Shown piece by piece: positions 46,734-54,150 of a stretch of 64,000 nt of DNA; position 1 is the stretch's first letter; each line of letters begins with the position of its first letter. Source of the DNA: an uncultured bacterium (GTDB lineage: Bacteria > Hydrothermota > Tepidihabitantia > Tepidihabitantales > Tepidihabitantaceae); assembly GCA_964597845.1 (NCBI GenBank), contig CAZQZR010000001.1:6722-70721 (forward strand), written 5' to 3'. The notes below the pieces were generated by a model. That model searched no databases. It saw nothing but the letters and a program-made list of their open reading frames with translations, and was not told the origin of the DNA. The position numbers were made by a program, and so were the translations under genes.

Positions 46734-46795
46734 CTTGGCCCCGACCCCAAGCCCCGATTCCCTCACACCTGGCCCCAATCCCTGGCCCCTCCCGG
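46734..46795. repeat. C-rich word repeat (GGCCCC/CCCCAA)
   Basis: CTTGGCCCCGACCCCAAGCCCCGATTCCCTCACACCTGGCCCCAATCCCTGGCCCCTCCCGG. Confidence 0.6.
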
Positions 46796-46850
46796 CTCGC
46801 GCCGAACGCCGTCCCACACTGCCGCCTCTAACAGGGCGCGAAGATACTTA

Positions 46851-46891
46851 TTGACAACCGGGATAACATTAGTAGTCTTTTATTACTAATG
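46851..46891 (+). promoter_or_regulatory. promoter plus overlapping palindromic operator (copy 2), upstream of the TrmB-family regulator
   Basis: TTGACA (46851-46856), 16 nt, TAGTCT (46873-46878). Perfect inverted repeat CATTAGTA (46867-46874), 9 nt, TACTAATG (46884-46891). Confidence 0.6.
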
Positions 46892-46927
46892 GTCGTGCCA
46901 AACAACAATGAACCTAAGGACTAGCAG

Positions 46928-47854
46928 ATGAAAGAAAGTGTGATTGACCATCTCAGCGAACTTGGTTTCTCGGGCGCCGAGGCGGCCGTGTACGTGGCCC
47001 TGCTGCAGGAGCCGAAGGCCACCGGGTACCGGATTGCACGGCTCGCAAGCAAGCCGGTCCCGAATACCTACAAGGCGCTGGACGCCCTGCACAAGAAGGG
47101 CGCGATTATCGTGGATGAAACCGGCCGGGGCCGGACCTACACCGCTCTGCCGGTGAGGGAGTTCTTCGAGGCGATGAAGCGGCGGCTGGATACGATGCGC
47201 GTCCATCTGGAGGAAGAGTTGAAGGGGTTGACCGCGGGCACGGTCGAGGGCGGGATATACCAGCTTACTACACCGGACCAGGTCTACGGCCGGGCAAAAA
47301 CGATGCTGCGCGAGGCCAAGGGCGTTGCTCTGGTCGACATCTTCCCGAGGCCGCTTGTGCGCCTGCGGGGTGACCTGGAGGCGGCGGCGAAGCGGGGCCT
47401 GAAGATATGGATGATGATCTACGAGCCGGGCGAAGTGAAAGGCTGCGAGGTGATTGCGCCGAAGAAGCCGGCTTCGCAACTCGAAGTCTGGAAGGTGGAC
47501 TGGATGAACGTCGTCGTGGACAGCCGCGAGGCGCTGTACTCGCTGCTGAAGAAGGACGGGGCCGCGGTCGAACGGGCGGTGTGGATAAAGGACCCGCACC
47601 TGGCGCTGCAGGCGTTCAGCGGCATGTTCCACGAGTTCGCCTTTGACCGGGCCAAGCAGTTGATCTGGGCCGGGAAGTCCAAGGACGAAGCCACGGCCGA
47701 GGTAATGAGATTCAGCCGTCGGTACGTGAGCGACGACAATTTCTACGAGGTCATCGGGCCATGGATAGATATGGAGAAGATTCGCGAACTGCGACGCCGG
47801 GCCGAACGCGAGGTGGCGGCGCGCCGGCGCAACACGGCGAAAGAGAAGAAATGA
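46928..47854 (+). CDS. TrmB-family transcriptional regulator
   Basis: 308 aa. N-terminal winged HTH LSELGFSGAEAAVYVALLQEPKATGYRIARLASKPVPNTYKALDALHKKGAI. Confidence 0.75.
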   Translation: MKESVIDHLSELGFSGAEAAVYVALLQEPKATGYRIARLASKPVPNTYKALDALHKKGAIIVDETGRGRTYTALPVREFFEAMKRRLDTMRVHLEEELKGLTAGTVEGGIYQLTTPDQVYGRAKTMLREAKGVALVDIFPRPLVRLRGDLEAAAKRGLKIWMMIYEPGEVKGCEVIAPKKPASQLEVWKVDWMNVVVDSREALYSLLKKDGAAVERAVWIKDPHLALQAFSGMFHEFAFDRAKQLIWAGKSKDEATAEVMRFSRRYVSDDNFYEVIGPWIDMEKIRELRRRAEREVAARRRNTAKEKK

Positions 47855-48297
47855 AGGCAGCATTCCTGATGGCGGCGATGGGGACGCTTGCACTGCTGGC
47901 GTGCGGCACGCAGCCGCAGCCCAAGCCGGTGGCCAGTACCGAGGTCCCTCCCAAGACGGAGAGCCTGGCACAGCCTGCCTATCCCGAAGAGGCGCGCAAG
48001 GCTGGCGTCGAGGGCAAGGCGATCGTGGAAGTGACGGTCGGCGCCGACGGCGTGATGCGCCGGTGCAGCCTCGTCGTCAGTTCGGGCAATGCGCAGCTCG
48101 ACGAAGCCGCTTTGCAGGCGGTGCATGTGTCGAAGTTCGCACCCGGCACCAAGGACGGGAAGCCGGTCGAGATGAAAGTGAGAGTTCCATTCCAGTTCAA
48201 GCTTGCTGACAAGCAGATAGAGCAACGCGGTGAGGCGCATGGTATCCCGGGCTGGGCCGGGCGGCACGAGCCGGTCATGCCGGCAATGGAGGTCTGA
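47851..48297 (+). CDS. TonB C-terminal-domain lipoprotein
   Basis: ORF 47761..48297 trimmed to ATG 47851 (ATGA overlap with the TrmB stop). MKAAFLMAAMGTLALLAC lipobox. YPEEARKAGVEGKAIVEVTVGADG is a TonB_C motif. Confidence 0.7.
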   Translation: MKAAFLMAAMGTLALLACGTQPQPKPVASTEVPPKTESLAQPAYPEEARKAGVEGKAIVEVTVGADGVMRRCSLVVSSGNAQLDEAALQAVHVSKFAPGTKDGKPVEMKVRVPFQFKLADKQIEQRGEAHGIPGWAGRHEPVMPAMEV

Positions 48298-48935
48298 TGG
48301 ACGCTACCGGCAAACCATATCCAGTCAGCCTGACCGTCGACTACCCGGAGGGATCGCGCAATCGCGCGTCCGTATTCTTCCGGTTGGTCTTGGTGGTGCC
48401 GATAACGGTGATGGTCGCCCTGCTCGTCGGGACGGAGTACCGCTGGGGTTTTGATGGGGCCGGGCGAGAACTCGCGTGGGCCACAGCCGGGTGTGTGGTC
48501 GCGCCGACGCTGCTGATGATTCTCTTCCGTCGCAAGTACCCGCGCTGGTGGTTTGACTGGAACCTGAACCTCAACCGCTTCCTGTTCCGCGTAAGCGCCT
48601 ACCTGGGGCTGCTCCGGGACGAGTATCCGTCCACCGATGATGAACAGGCACTTCACCTCGAGGTGGTCTACCCCGACGCCAAGATAGAACTCAATCGCTG
48701 GCTACCGCTGGTCAAGTGGTTCCTGGTTATCCCCCATATCATCGTCCTTTGCTTCCTCGACGTCGCCGCGTACGTTTGTGTCATCATCGCCTGGTTCGCG
48801 ATTCTCTTTACCGGCCGGTACCCGGGCGCTCTGTTCGACTTCGTGGTTGGAGTGATGCGCTGGCAGGCGCGGGTGATCTGGTACGCGGTGCTGTTCTCGA
48901 CCGACCATTACCCGCCGTTCAGCCTGGAAGCCTGA
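48297..48935 (+). CDS. DUF4389-family membrane protein
   Basis: 212 aa. The start overlaps the previous stop (TGATG). LVKWFLVIPHIIVL...WFAILFTGRYP pattern. Confidence 0.7.
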   Translation: MDATGKPYPVSLTVDYPEGSRNRASVFFRLVLVVPITVMVALLVGTEYRWGFDGAGRELAWATAGCVVAPTLLMILFRRKYPRWWFDWNLNLNRFLFRVSAYLGLLRDEYPSTDDEQALHLEVVYPDAKIELNRWLPLVKWFLVIPHIIVLCFLDVAAYVCVIIAWFAILFTGRYPGALFDFVVGVMRWQARVIWYAVLFSTDHYPPFSLEA

Positions 48936-48996
48936 GGAATGTCCGCGATTTAGGGAGGCGCGTTCAGTAGCCCAGCACCGCCCGCTGGAATCAGAT

Positions 48997-49073
48997 AGGG
49001 GTTCTGGGTTTCAGGGGTTCCGGGGTTCGGGTCGGGCACTAGAACCCTTGAACCCGCGAACCCCTGAACCCTG
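48997..49073. terminator. long imperfect hairpin built from inverted GGGGTTC / GAACCCC octamer arrays between convergent genes
   Basis: Left arm GGGGTTCTGGGTTTCAGGGGTTCCGGGGTTCGGGTCGGG, loop CACTAG, right arm AACCCTTGAACCCGCGAACCCCTGAACCCTG. Lies between the DUF4389 stop (48935) and the YfiM-like stop (49077). Confidence 0.6.
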
Positions 49074-49076
49074 TTC

Positions 49077-49502
49077 TTAGAAGCGGTGGATGAAGGCGAA
49101 GTAGCCGACGCAGATACCGGCGGCATCAGCCACCAGGTCCTTCCATGAGAAGTGTCTCGACGGCCCGGCCAGGTCGTTGAATTCCTTGCAGACACCCAGC
49201 GTCAGAGTGCCGCCCAGGGCAATACCGGTCGGCCAGGGAGATGGCATGTTGACCCGGTTGGCGCTCAGGTGATACGCCGCGCCGACGGTGACGAAGCTGG
49301 CCGAAAAGTGCCAGAACTTGTCCATCGCGAACCAGCGGTCGGTCTCGGACCGTGGTCGAGTGGTCGAAAGGGCAAGTGACCTAGTGGTCGAGTGGTCGAG
49401 TGGTCTAGTGGCGGACGAGCAGGGGAGCGGGCGAGGAAGGGAGTCGCGCAGGCTGGCCGGAACCGACTGGGCGAGGACGGTCAGCACAAGGAGCAGATTC
49501 AT
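49077..49502 (-). CDS. YfiM/DUF2279-like small envelope protein with repeat-derived linker
   Basis: 141 aa. DKFWHFSASF...CKEFNDL...FSWKDLVADAAG resembles YfiM. The linker SSATRPLDHSTTRSLALSTTRPRS is encoded by the AGTGGTC array at 49351-49414. Confidence 0.55.
   Translation of the reverse strand: MNLLLVLTVLAQSVPASLRDSLPRPLPCSSATRPLDHSTTRSLALSTTRPRSETDRWFAMDKFWHFSASFVTVGAAYHLSANRVNMPSPWPTGIALGGTLTLGVCKEFNDLAGPSRHFSWKDLVADAAGICVGYFAFIHRF
49351..49414. repeat. AGTGGTC octamer array inside the YfiM-like CDS
   Basis: CGTGGTCGAGTGGTCGAAAGGGCAAGTGACCTAGTGGTCGAGTGGTCGAGTGGTCTAGTGGCGG. Confidence 0.85.
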
Positions 49503-49656
49503 CGTCTGATTGTCGCAAGTCCCGCCGCCGAGTCAAGCTGAGGCGTCCGGAAACCGACATACAACCGCCGAGACCCGGAACGGAGCATCCGCAGATTACG
49601 CAGGCTACACGGATTCCGCTCCACTTTCCGCCAATCGACATCGACAATCGGGAAGC

Positions 49657-49926
49657 GAAAGCTCGCTAGAAAGCTCACCGGAAAGCTCCCTGGAAAGCTC
49701 ATCAGAAAGCTCCTTCAAGAGCTCATTTCAGAGCTTAGTCCAAAGCTCAATCCAAAGCTCATTTCACCGCTCAGCGCATAGCTCACGCCAAAGCTCAGGC
49801 CATCGCTTCTTCCATCGCTCAGCGCAAAGCTTCGCCGAAAGCTCCGGTCAAAGCTCTTCTGAAAGCTGGACTCAAGGCTCATTTTAGAGTTCTTTTCAAG
49901 GCTTGGCTGAAAGCTAGCTCGAAAAC
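49657..49926. repeat. 12-nt-period array (about 22 units) of SAAAGCTC octamer plus 4 variable nt (reverse orientation of the 35566-35825 array)
   Basis: GAAAGCTCGCTA GAAAGCTCACCG GAAAGCTCCCTG GAAAGCTCATCA GAAAGCTCCTTC AAGAGCTCATTT CAGAGCTTAGTC CAAAGCTCAATC CAAAGCTCATTT ... GAAAGCTAGCTC. Followed by AACCCGGGGGG. Confidence 0.9.
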
Positions 49927-50241
49927 AACCCGGGGGGTACGGGAGGGTATTCTGCTGGAAGCGAGGATAGTGGATTGAGAATAGGGAAGTTAGGACCCGT
50001 CTCGGGAAGCGGGGGAATGTGTGCTATGATACACATCTGAGAAGACGAAAACGAGTGGGAAGCCTGACCGGGGATTTCAGGAGATGCGGAGACTCCTGAC
50101 GCGCGGCTGCCGATGGAGGAACGTGACCGCTGCCCGTATGCCGTTAGCTGTAAGCCGCTAGCCGTCGGCCGCTCGTGCCGCGTGATTGTGCGCTGACTGG
50201 AACTGCAGACTCCCGGCGAAGCCGCGCCTCCCCGTCCGTTT

Positions 50242-50276
50242 CCTCTCACTAGACCACTGGACCACTCGATCACTTC
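50242..50276. repeat. GACCACT octamer array (inverted partner of 49386-49410)
   Basis: CCTCTCACTAGACCACTGGACCACTCGATCACTTC; its reverse complement GATCGAGTGGTCCAGTGGTCTAGTG matches GGTCGAGTGGTCGAGTGGTCTAGTG at 23 of 25 positions. Confidence 0.8.
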
Positions 50277-50560
50277 TTTCTGTATCCTTTTTCTGACACG
50301 AGAGTTGCGCGAATCAGACACATTGACCTTCTGCCTTTCGCGGCCCAGATTCTAACCATCATCTTCTCGGGCAGTTACACAAGCACCTGACCGGCTCCTT
50401 GTCAGGCACGGGCCGTGCTCTACTTCCGTCCGATGAGGCACGAAAATCAAGACCTCGGCACAAGTCGTAGGTCCGTGCTTCATCCGGCTGCACCGAACCG
50501 AGGCGACAGGGACATCCGCGGTGCAGGATGTCCGAAGACGCGATACCCAAGGAGGAACGC

Positions 50561-51370
50561 GTGAAACAGATAGCAGTGTTCGTGTGCGTGGCCATCTGTC
50601 TTGCAGCAAGCTCTGCAAGCGCCGAGGGGCTACGCAATCCGGGATTCGACAGTGATCTCACCTACTGGTTCACCTGCTACGAGAACGACAACAGCGGGAC
50701 TCTCACACCCGGAACGGCCACGTGGGACGCGACCTACGGCGGCAGCGCGCGGTTGGATGTCGACGGAGCCCCTGGCGTTATCGGCATGTGCGCACCCACA
50801 TGCTCCACGATGTACGCTGGAGATTCTGTCTGGCTGGACGTGCACACATCGGACATGGGGAATTTCGCCGGATTCCATCTTGCCTTGGGCGACGTGTGGG
50901 GGAATGGCCAGGTGACAGATCTCCAAGGGCCGGCCGGGGACTACCACATGGCCATCATGGCTAACAAGACATATCCACAAGGGACGATAGTCTACTTCTG
51001 GCTTGCCACTTGGCCGGGCGCAGCCACATGCTGGGTCATAGGTGGGCACGCATCTTCGATTCTCGAACGAGAAGCAGGCACGTTGCCGGCGGTTCGCCCT
51101 GCCATGGAAGTGAATCCCAACCCTGCAACTGGCAGGACGAAGATATCCTTCAATACACCGCAGTCGTGCCGTGCCCGCCTTGCCGTATACGACGCCGCGG
51201 GCAGCCTCGTGAAAGAGATCGAGGAGAAACGCTATGGTGCGGGCCAGCATTCAGCCTTCTGGAATGGTCGGGGCGAGAACGGACATGCTGTCAGCCTCGG
51301 AACCTACTTCATAAAGCTGGCGACCGAAGATGGTCGCTGTGAAACGACCTCAGTAGTTGTGACTCGCTGA
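50561..51370 (+). CDS. secreted protein with T9SS C-terminal sorting domain
   Basis: ORF 50528..51370 trimmed to GTG 50561 (AAGGAGG at 50549-50555). Signal peptide VKQIAVFVCVAICLAASSASA. Tail VNPNPATGRTKISF...GTYFIKLATEDGRCETTSVVVTR. Confidence 0.7.
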   Translation: MKQIAVFVCVAICLAASSASAEGLRNPGFDSDLTYWFTCYENDNSGTLTPGTATWDATYGGSARLDVDGAPGVIGMCAPTCSTMYAGDSVWLDVHTSDMGNFAGFHLALGDVWGNGQVTDLQGPAGDYHMAIMANKTYPQGTIVYFWLATWPGAATCWVIGGHASSILEREAGTLPAVRPAMEVNPNPATGRTKISFNTPQSCRARLAVYDAAGSLVKEIEEKRYGAGQHSAFWNGRGENGHAVSLGTYFIKLATEDGRCETTSVVVTR

Positions 51371-51474
51371 GTTCTGCGCATCGGACTCAGTTCATGGTCG
51401 ACGGAGATGGGGCGAGAACCGGCGCTGCCGGGCTCGCCCCTCTTCTACCCCTGAAGTCCTATGCTTGCCCGGTG

Positions 51475-51502
51475 TTGACAGACCAGCCTAACCGGCTACG
51501 AT
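51475..51502 (+). promoter_or_regulatory. sigma-70-type promoter of the kinase gene; (nearly) leaderless
   Basis: TTGACA, 16 nt, TACGAT; the -10 element ends 8 nt before ATG 51511. Confidence 0.45.
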
Positions 51503-51510
51503 TCGCTGAT

Positions 51511-54141
51511 ATGTGGCGCGCGCTTGTTCTGCTCATGCTGCCCCTAGTGCTCGCGTGCCACCGCCGAGTTCCCCCGGTTGAAATCAACCTGCTCTGGCAG
51601 CGAGACTATCTCAACATTACGCCGGCGGACGTTAATGGCGACTCGACGGACGAATTCGTCTCCATAACAGATGACTATGTCCTTAACCGTATCAGTTCGG
51701 ACATGCGAGCCGCAGGCAAGACCATCTGGACGGATCGCGGGACATTCACCCCCTACAGCGTTGTTGGGGAGTCGAAGAAAACCGGCTTCTGGTACACACA
51801 CGTCCGGCACGACTCTCTGCTCCTATTCAGCTCGCTAGCGGGTCGAGACCTCCTTGTCACCTGTGGGCATGACTCCCTTCCACCGGCTGGCTGGGATGGC
51901 TCAGCCTCCGGCGTGACCCTGCTGGACATCGACAACGACGGCCGGCTCGATGCCATAGTGAGCTTCGGCAGCGGCTATGACGCCAGGCCGCGTGGGATGT
52001 GCGCCATCGACTATGCCGCAGGTGGCACAATCTGGACGTACCTGACCGGCCCGAATATTGACGAACCGCCGACCTTCGCTGACATTGACCACGACGGCCA
52101 GACGGAGATTCTCTTCGGGTCGCTGGCACAAAGGAACGGCAATGTGGCCAATGGGACAGCGGACGACAGCACCTATGTGTTCCTGCTTGACTGCCGAGGC
52201 AGACTGCGGTGGGCTAGACGAATCGGGCGATATTCCTCCATCGCCCACTCTGCGTTCGCACCGGCGAGTAGAGGAATGCCCGGCCGAGTAGTCGTCTACG
52301 AAACCGGCAGTGAGGAAGACGGCCGCTCGGGCGACAGCGCGTTCATCCTCGACTGGCGAACTGGAGAAGTCCTTGTGCGGCGTCAGTACGGTAGGTATTC
52401 GAGCTGCGGCACGACAGCCAGGGGCGCAGATGGACGGACACGTACCGTGCTCGGCGGCTCGGATGACACCCTGCGAGTCCTTGATGATTCGCTGAGGCTC
52501 ACGCGGAGTGCCTGGTTTCGCGGCGGCATCCGTCAGGTTATCGCCGGCAGCTTCTCGGATCGAGGCCAAGACGAGTTGGTCGTGCTGACGAATGATGGGC
52601 TCATGATTCTGCTTGACACACTGCTCCGAACCCGTGCCGTCAAGCCCTGTCCGTCTACCGCTGTCACCACCACGTTCCGGCTCGTGCGGTACGAAGGGAA
52701 GAACCGTCTGCTCGGGGCGAACTCAAACGGTCCCGGACGTACTTGGCAATTGTATGACTTCAGGACGGTCCCGGTGATCCAGCGACGCGTCCCGCTCACA
52801 TCTGTTCTTACGGGACTCGGATTCCTGCTGGCTACCTTCGTGGCCGTTCTGCTCTTGCTCCAAAGTCGTCAGACCCGCGACATCCGGGCGGTAATTCGCG
52901 GCCTGACCGGCCAAGCCGGTGTGGTTGAGTTGAACCTGCGCGGTGACGTGAAGCGAACCAACCCGAAGGCACGCGAGCTACTTGGGGGTGAGACCATTCC
53001 GTACGGTCCGCTGGCTCAGGCAGTTAAGGCGGCGCTGGGTGGCATAGCAGGAACCAACCCGAGGGAACTTCCAGTTGCCCTCGACAATGGCAAGACTGTG
53101 CTCGCACGGGCGGCGCGCGTGCGCACCGGCGTCATGCTCACACTGGAGGACATCTCGGCGGTCGAGTATCTGCAGTGGGTCAAGGCCTGGGCGCCGGTGG
53201 CGCAGAAGTTGGCGCACGGCATCAAGAATCCCCTCGGTACAATCATGGGCGCGGTCGAGCAGATAGAGACAGAGGTGAATAGGAGGCGGACGAAGTCAGA
53301 AACGAGAGGCGAGAAGCTAGAGGCTAGAAGTGCGGAAGAAGGGAGCGCGGAGGAAGTCAAGAGCCAGAAGCCAGAAGCCAAAAGCCAAGACGATACGGAG
53401 AAGGCGGACGAGCGGGTGAAGAAGTACATCGGATATGTGAAGGACGAAGTTGCCAGGCTGAAGAAGATGACCGACGCATTCATGCGGTTCACCAAGCTGA
53501 ACCCGCCTGCGCTCGAACCGAAGAACGTCAACGAGCTTGTCCGGAAGGTCGTAGCCAAGTACGAGGGCGCGCTGGCCAAGGGCATCTCGCTTGAGCTGAG
53601 TCTCGATGACCGGCTGCCGTTGGTGGCACTGGATGAAGAGGGAATCGCGAATGTGCTGGACATCGTGGTCGAGAACGCCGTCGAGGCGATGACGGTGAAC
53701 CCGAAGTCAACCACCGAGATACCAAGTCACCAAGCTCCGGACGGAACGGACGCGGAGACAAGGCAACACGGGGATGCGGCGAGGGCACTGAGGACTCGGA
53801 CGTCGGTCGGCGACAGCGAAAGCGAGTGTCATTCCGAGGGAGTCCGACGAGTCGAGGAATCTCGCCTGAGTGACCCCTCGACTCCGCTCGGGGTGACTAA
53901 AGGAGGCGGGTCGTATGTCCGAATCGAGGTCGAGGATACCGGAATGGGCATCCCGCAAAAGTACCTGGACAAGGTCTTCGAGCCCTATTTCACGTATGGC
54001 AAGGCTGACGGGACCGGATTGGGACTCGCCTTGGCCAAGAAGATAGTGGAGGACCACAAGGGGCGGATGGAGATGCAGAGCAAAGAAGGAGTCGGAACGA
54101 CGGTTACCATCGTGCTGCCGGCTAAGGGGAATGGTGAGTAG
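51511..54141 (+). CDS. sensor histidine kinase with FG-GAP/VCBS-like periplasmic domain and two low-complexity inserts
   Basis: ORF 51394..54141 trimmed to ATG 51511 (MWRALVLLMLPLVLA). H-box LAHGIKNPLGTIMG, N-box VVENAVEAM, G1 VEDTGMGIP, G2 GTGLGLA. Inserts at about 53287-53400 and 53700-53905. Confidence 0.8.
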   Translation: MWRALVLLMLPLVLACHRRVPPVEINLLWQRDYLNITPADVNGDSTDEFVSITDDYVLNRISSDMRAAGKTIWTDRGTFTPYSVVGESKKTGFWYTHVRHDSLLLFSSLAGRDLLVTCGHDSLPPAGWDGSASGVTLLDIDNDGRLDAIVSFGSGYDARPRGMCAIDYAAGGTIWTYLTGPNIDEPPTFADIDHDGQTEILFGSLAQRNGNVANGTADDSTYVFLLDCRGRLRWARRIGRYSSIAHSAFAPASRGMPGRVVVYETGSEEDGRSGDSAFILDWRTGEVLVRRQYGRYSSCGTTARGADGRTRTVLGGSDDTLRVLDDSLRLTRSAWFRGGIRQVIAGSFSDRGQDELVVLTNDGLMILLDTLLRTRAVKPCPSTAVTTTFRLVRYEGKNRLLGANSNGPGRTWQLYDFRTVPVIQRRVPLTSVLTGLGFLLATFVAVLLLLQSRQTRDIRAVIRGLTGQAGVVELNLRGDVKRTNPKARELLGGETIPYGPLAQAVKAALGGIAGTNPRELPVALDNGKTVLARAARVRTGVMLTLEDISAVEYLQWVKAWAPVAQKLAHGIKNPLGTIMGAVEQIETEVNRRRTKSETRGEKLEARSAEEGSAEEVKSQKPEAKSQDDTEKADERVKKYIGYVKDEVARLKKMTDAFMRFTKLNPPALEPKNVNELVRKVVAKYEGALAKGISLELSLDDRLPLVALDEEGIANVLDIVVENAVEAMTVNPKSTTEIPSHQAPDGTDAETRQHGDAARALRTRTSVGDSESECHSEGVRRVEESRLSDPSTPLGVTKGGGSYVRIEVEDTGMGIPQKYLDKVFEPYFTYGKADGTGLGLALAKKIVEDHKGRMEMQSKEGVGTTVTIVLPAKGNGE
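53287..53400. repeat. word-repeat insert in the kinase DHp region (GAGAAGC/CTAGAAG/CCAGAAGC words)
   Basis: CGGACGAAGTCAGAAACGAGAGGCGAGAAGCTAGAGGCTAGAAGT ... GAGCCAGAAGCCAGAAGCCAAAAGCCAAGACG. The first 45 nt duplicate the intergenic 54151-54188. Confidence 0.85.
53828..53866. repeat. REP-like word GTCATTCCGAG-N-CGAGGAATCTCGCC (copy 2, inside the kinase ATPase domain)
   Basis: GTCATTCCGAGGGAGTCCGACGAGTCGAGGAATCTCGCC. Confidence 0.7.
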
Positions 54142-54150
54142 CAGAAACAC

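Noticed and set aside
33996-49926. Possible CRISPR arrays (regularly spaced repeats at 33996-34337, 35566-35825 and 49657-49926)
   Set aside because: The period is only 12 nt (8-nt degenerate core plus 4-nt 'spacer'), far below CRISPR repeat and spacer sizes. The repeats are imperfect, and no cas genes or leader are present in the window.
50404-50419. A second sigma-54 promoter upstream of the secreted-protein gene (AGGCACGGGCCGTGCT)
   Set aside because: It deviates at the key -24 T and the -12 TTGC (GTGC) positions, so it is not convincing without experimental support.
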